A stretch of 64,000 bases of DNA from Haliotis cracherodii. Taxonomy: Eukaryota. A model generated the notes under the pieces. The model saw only the letters and a program-made list of their open reading frames with translations. It was not told the origin of the DNA and did no database searches. How positions within the stretch are numbered: position 1 is the stretch's first letter; every line of letters starts with the position of its first letter. The stretch covers positions 26,970,001 through 27,034,000 of the forward strand of contig NW_027266264.1 in the NCBI RefSeq assembly GCF_022045235.1. Reading direction: 5' to 3'. Position numbers and translations under genes: made by a program. Positions 62,385-64,000 of the stretch are shown here, one piece after another.

Positions 62385-64000
62385 TGTCTCTGTAATAAAT
62401 ATGAATTGAAGCTTGTGAATTGTATTTTTGTTCTAAACATACTGTAGTTTTAAAAAATAATAAAAAGTCAACATGTGATTTTTCACCCATGTGGTCCCTC
62501 ATTTCATAGTTAGTCACAATAATGGGCTTGTCTGTTGTTTTGTGTTAAAAGCAAATAAAATAGTAGTAGAATCCGTGTATAATGAGAACCATTTCCTTGA
62601 TAACATGGATATAACATATATTTCTCACACTGACAAAGTTGCAAATGGACACTCAATTTAATTGCATTTCTTCATTGGTGGTTACTTCTTTCAAGTCACA
62701 AAGATACAAATAAGTGTATCACTATTACAGAACCAATCCAGAAATGAATACGCTTAATCCAAACTTTACAGACATTCCTATTTCTTCAAAAGAGCATAAA
62801 AAGTAACTGATATTGATAATGGGACTTGACTAAGCCTCCTATGGGTGTATGCTATCAGCTACACACTTACGAACACCAATGCAAGCACGCATTTATACAT
62901 GGCACATTTATACATTGGACATTTTCAAGAATTTTTATTCAATCAAAATATATCTTATCTGACTTTACTTTAGCAAGTAACTGATCTGTCTAGATTACTA
63001 CATGTTTCATACAGATGAAAATTTCAGAACCACTACTAATTTCACATTAAACATGATCAATCTGAAGAAGGAACTAAATATTGACATAAAATCAAAATTT
63101 ATATACCAACTCTTCATTTCTAAAAATAAATTGGTGATGTAATTCCAAGGAATGAATAGATGGTCTGGAAGATGAAGCATGTTCAAATCTTTTCATCTTA
63201 CTTAAAGTTAACATCTCTTTCAAATCTTGTTCTCTTGTAAAAACTATCACATCCGAGTCAGTAACTCTTCCAAGGAATCTGGAGTGAAATATCAGTAAAA
63301 CTGAACATCAAGACACATTAAGATATTAGAACTCTCACACTTAAAAACTGTGTGTTCGAAGTACAGAGTGACCTAGATCTTCGTTTTCAAATTCTTGAGT
63401 GATACTTAATTTAGGCTGAACTAGCAGGGGCCAAACAGTTCCCAAATTATCTGCCACACTCCATGGCACAGTTGCTGTAACTTTTATGACCAGGGGTATT
63501 AAAATGCCATGCATGTATGGAGCGCCATAGGGGGGAGAGGGACAGTGTTGCCTCACCGGTGCTTGTGGCTGGGAGGGGGAGAGAGGCTGATGCATGCTGA
63601 TGCACCATAGTCGGTCGTATTAGCACCATGGCTTGAGGGATGTTCATGAAATTGCATGTTAATGAAAATGTCAAACTATGAAAGAAAATATAAAGATTTC
63701 ATCTGTCATCTCTAATGTTATTACACCGATGATCAAGCGATTTGGGATTCTGGGTTAGCATATTGGTGACAAAATGCAATGCGATTTAATGGATCAAGTG
63801 GTCAGTCAGGCTTGGTGATTCGTTGATTGCATGTCATCACCTTCCAACTGCATGAATAATTGCTCATACCTCAATCACAGGTTTGTCTGGTCTAGGCTTG
63901 ATTATTCGCCTATGGTGTTATAGAAGACAACAGGTCAGTGAGTGTGTTTGGTGGTATTTAACTCAGTAGTGTAACAGCAGTATCAATCATATATCATAGT

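Noticed and set aside
63090-63674. Short minus-strand open frames with a possible acceptor near 63280 as EXT1 exon 1 or an alternative exon
   Set aside because: No similarity to the EXT1 N-terminus; cannot be supported without RNA-seq.

Overview
Eukaryotic, intron-rich animal DNA with two N gaps. The SINE repertoire and (GAGT)n tails suggest a mollusc, possibly an abalone-like gastropod (inference). The window lies inside one minus-strand gene, an EXT1 (exostosin-1/tout-velu, heparan sulfate copolymerase) orthologue. I reconstructed seven internal coding exons (49239-49313, 33562-33688, 15520-15639, 11555-11809, 7157-7255, 4260-4349, 2976-3136) with canonical GT-AG sites and consistent phases. 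They splice into one open frame covering the end of the GT47 exostosin domain and most of the GT64 domain. The first exon lies beyond 64000 and the last exons before 1. The introns contain at least four short retroposon families (most sharing a covarying 3' stem-loop), several MITE families (Tc1/pogo, Harbinger, hAT-like) and about ten minisatellites. Almost all long ORFs in the track are repeat artefacts. Most notable: (1) a minisatellite amplified from a real EXT1 5' splice site; (2) five unrelated minisatellites all carrying GTAGGT on the sense strand; (3) three Harbinger-type MITEs stacked at one target, with an empty paralogous site in the window; (4) a non-tRNA retroposon with a 5' pseudoknot; (5) a minisatellite born from a TSD-flanked SINE tail; (6) strong orientation bias of (ACTC)n-tailed SINEs. 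Repeat boundaries without a TSD are approximate.
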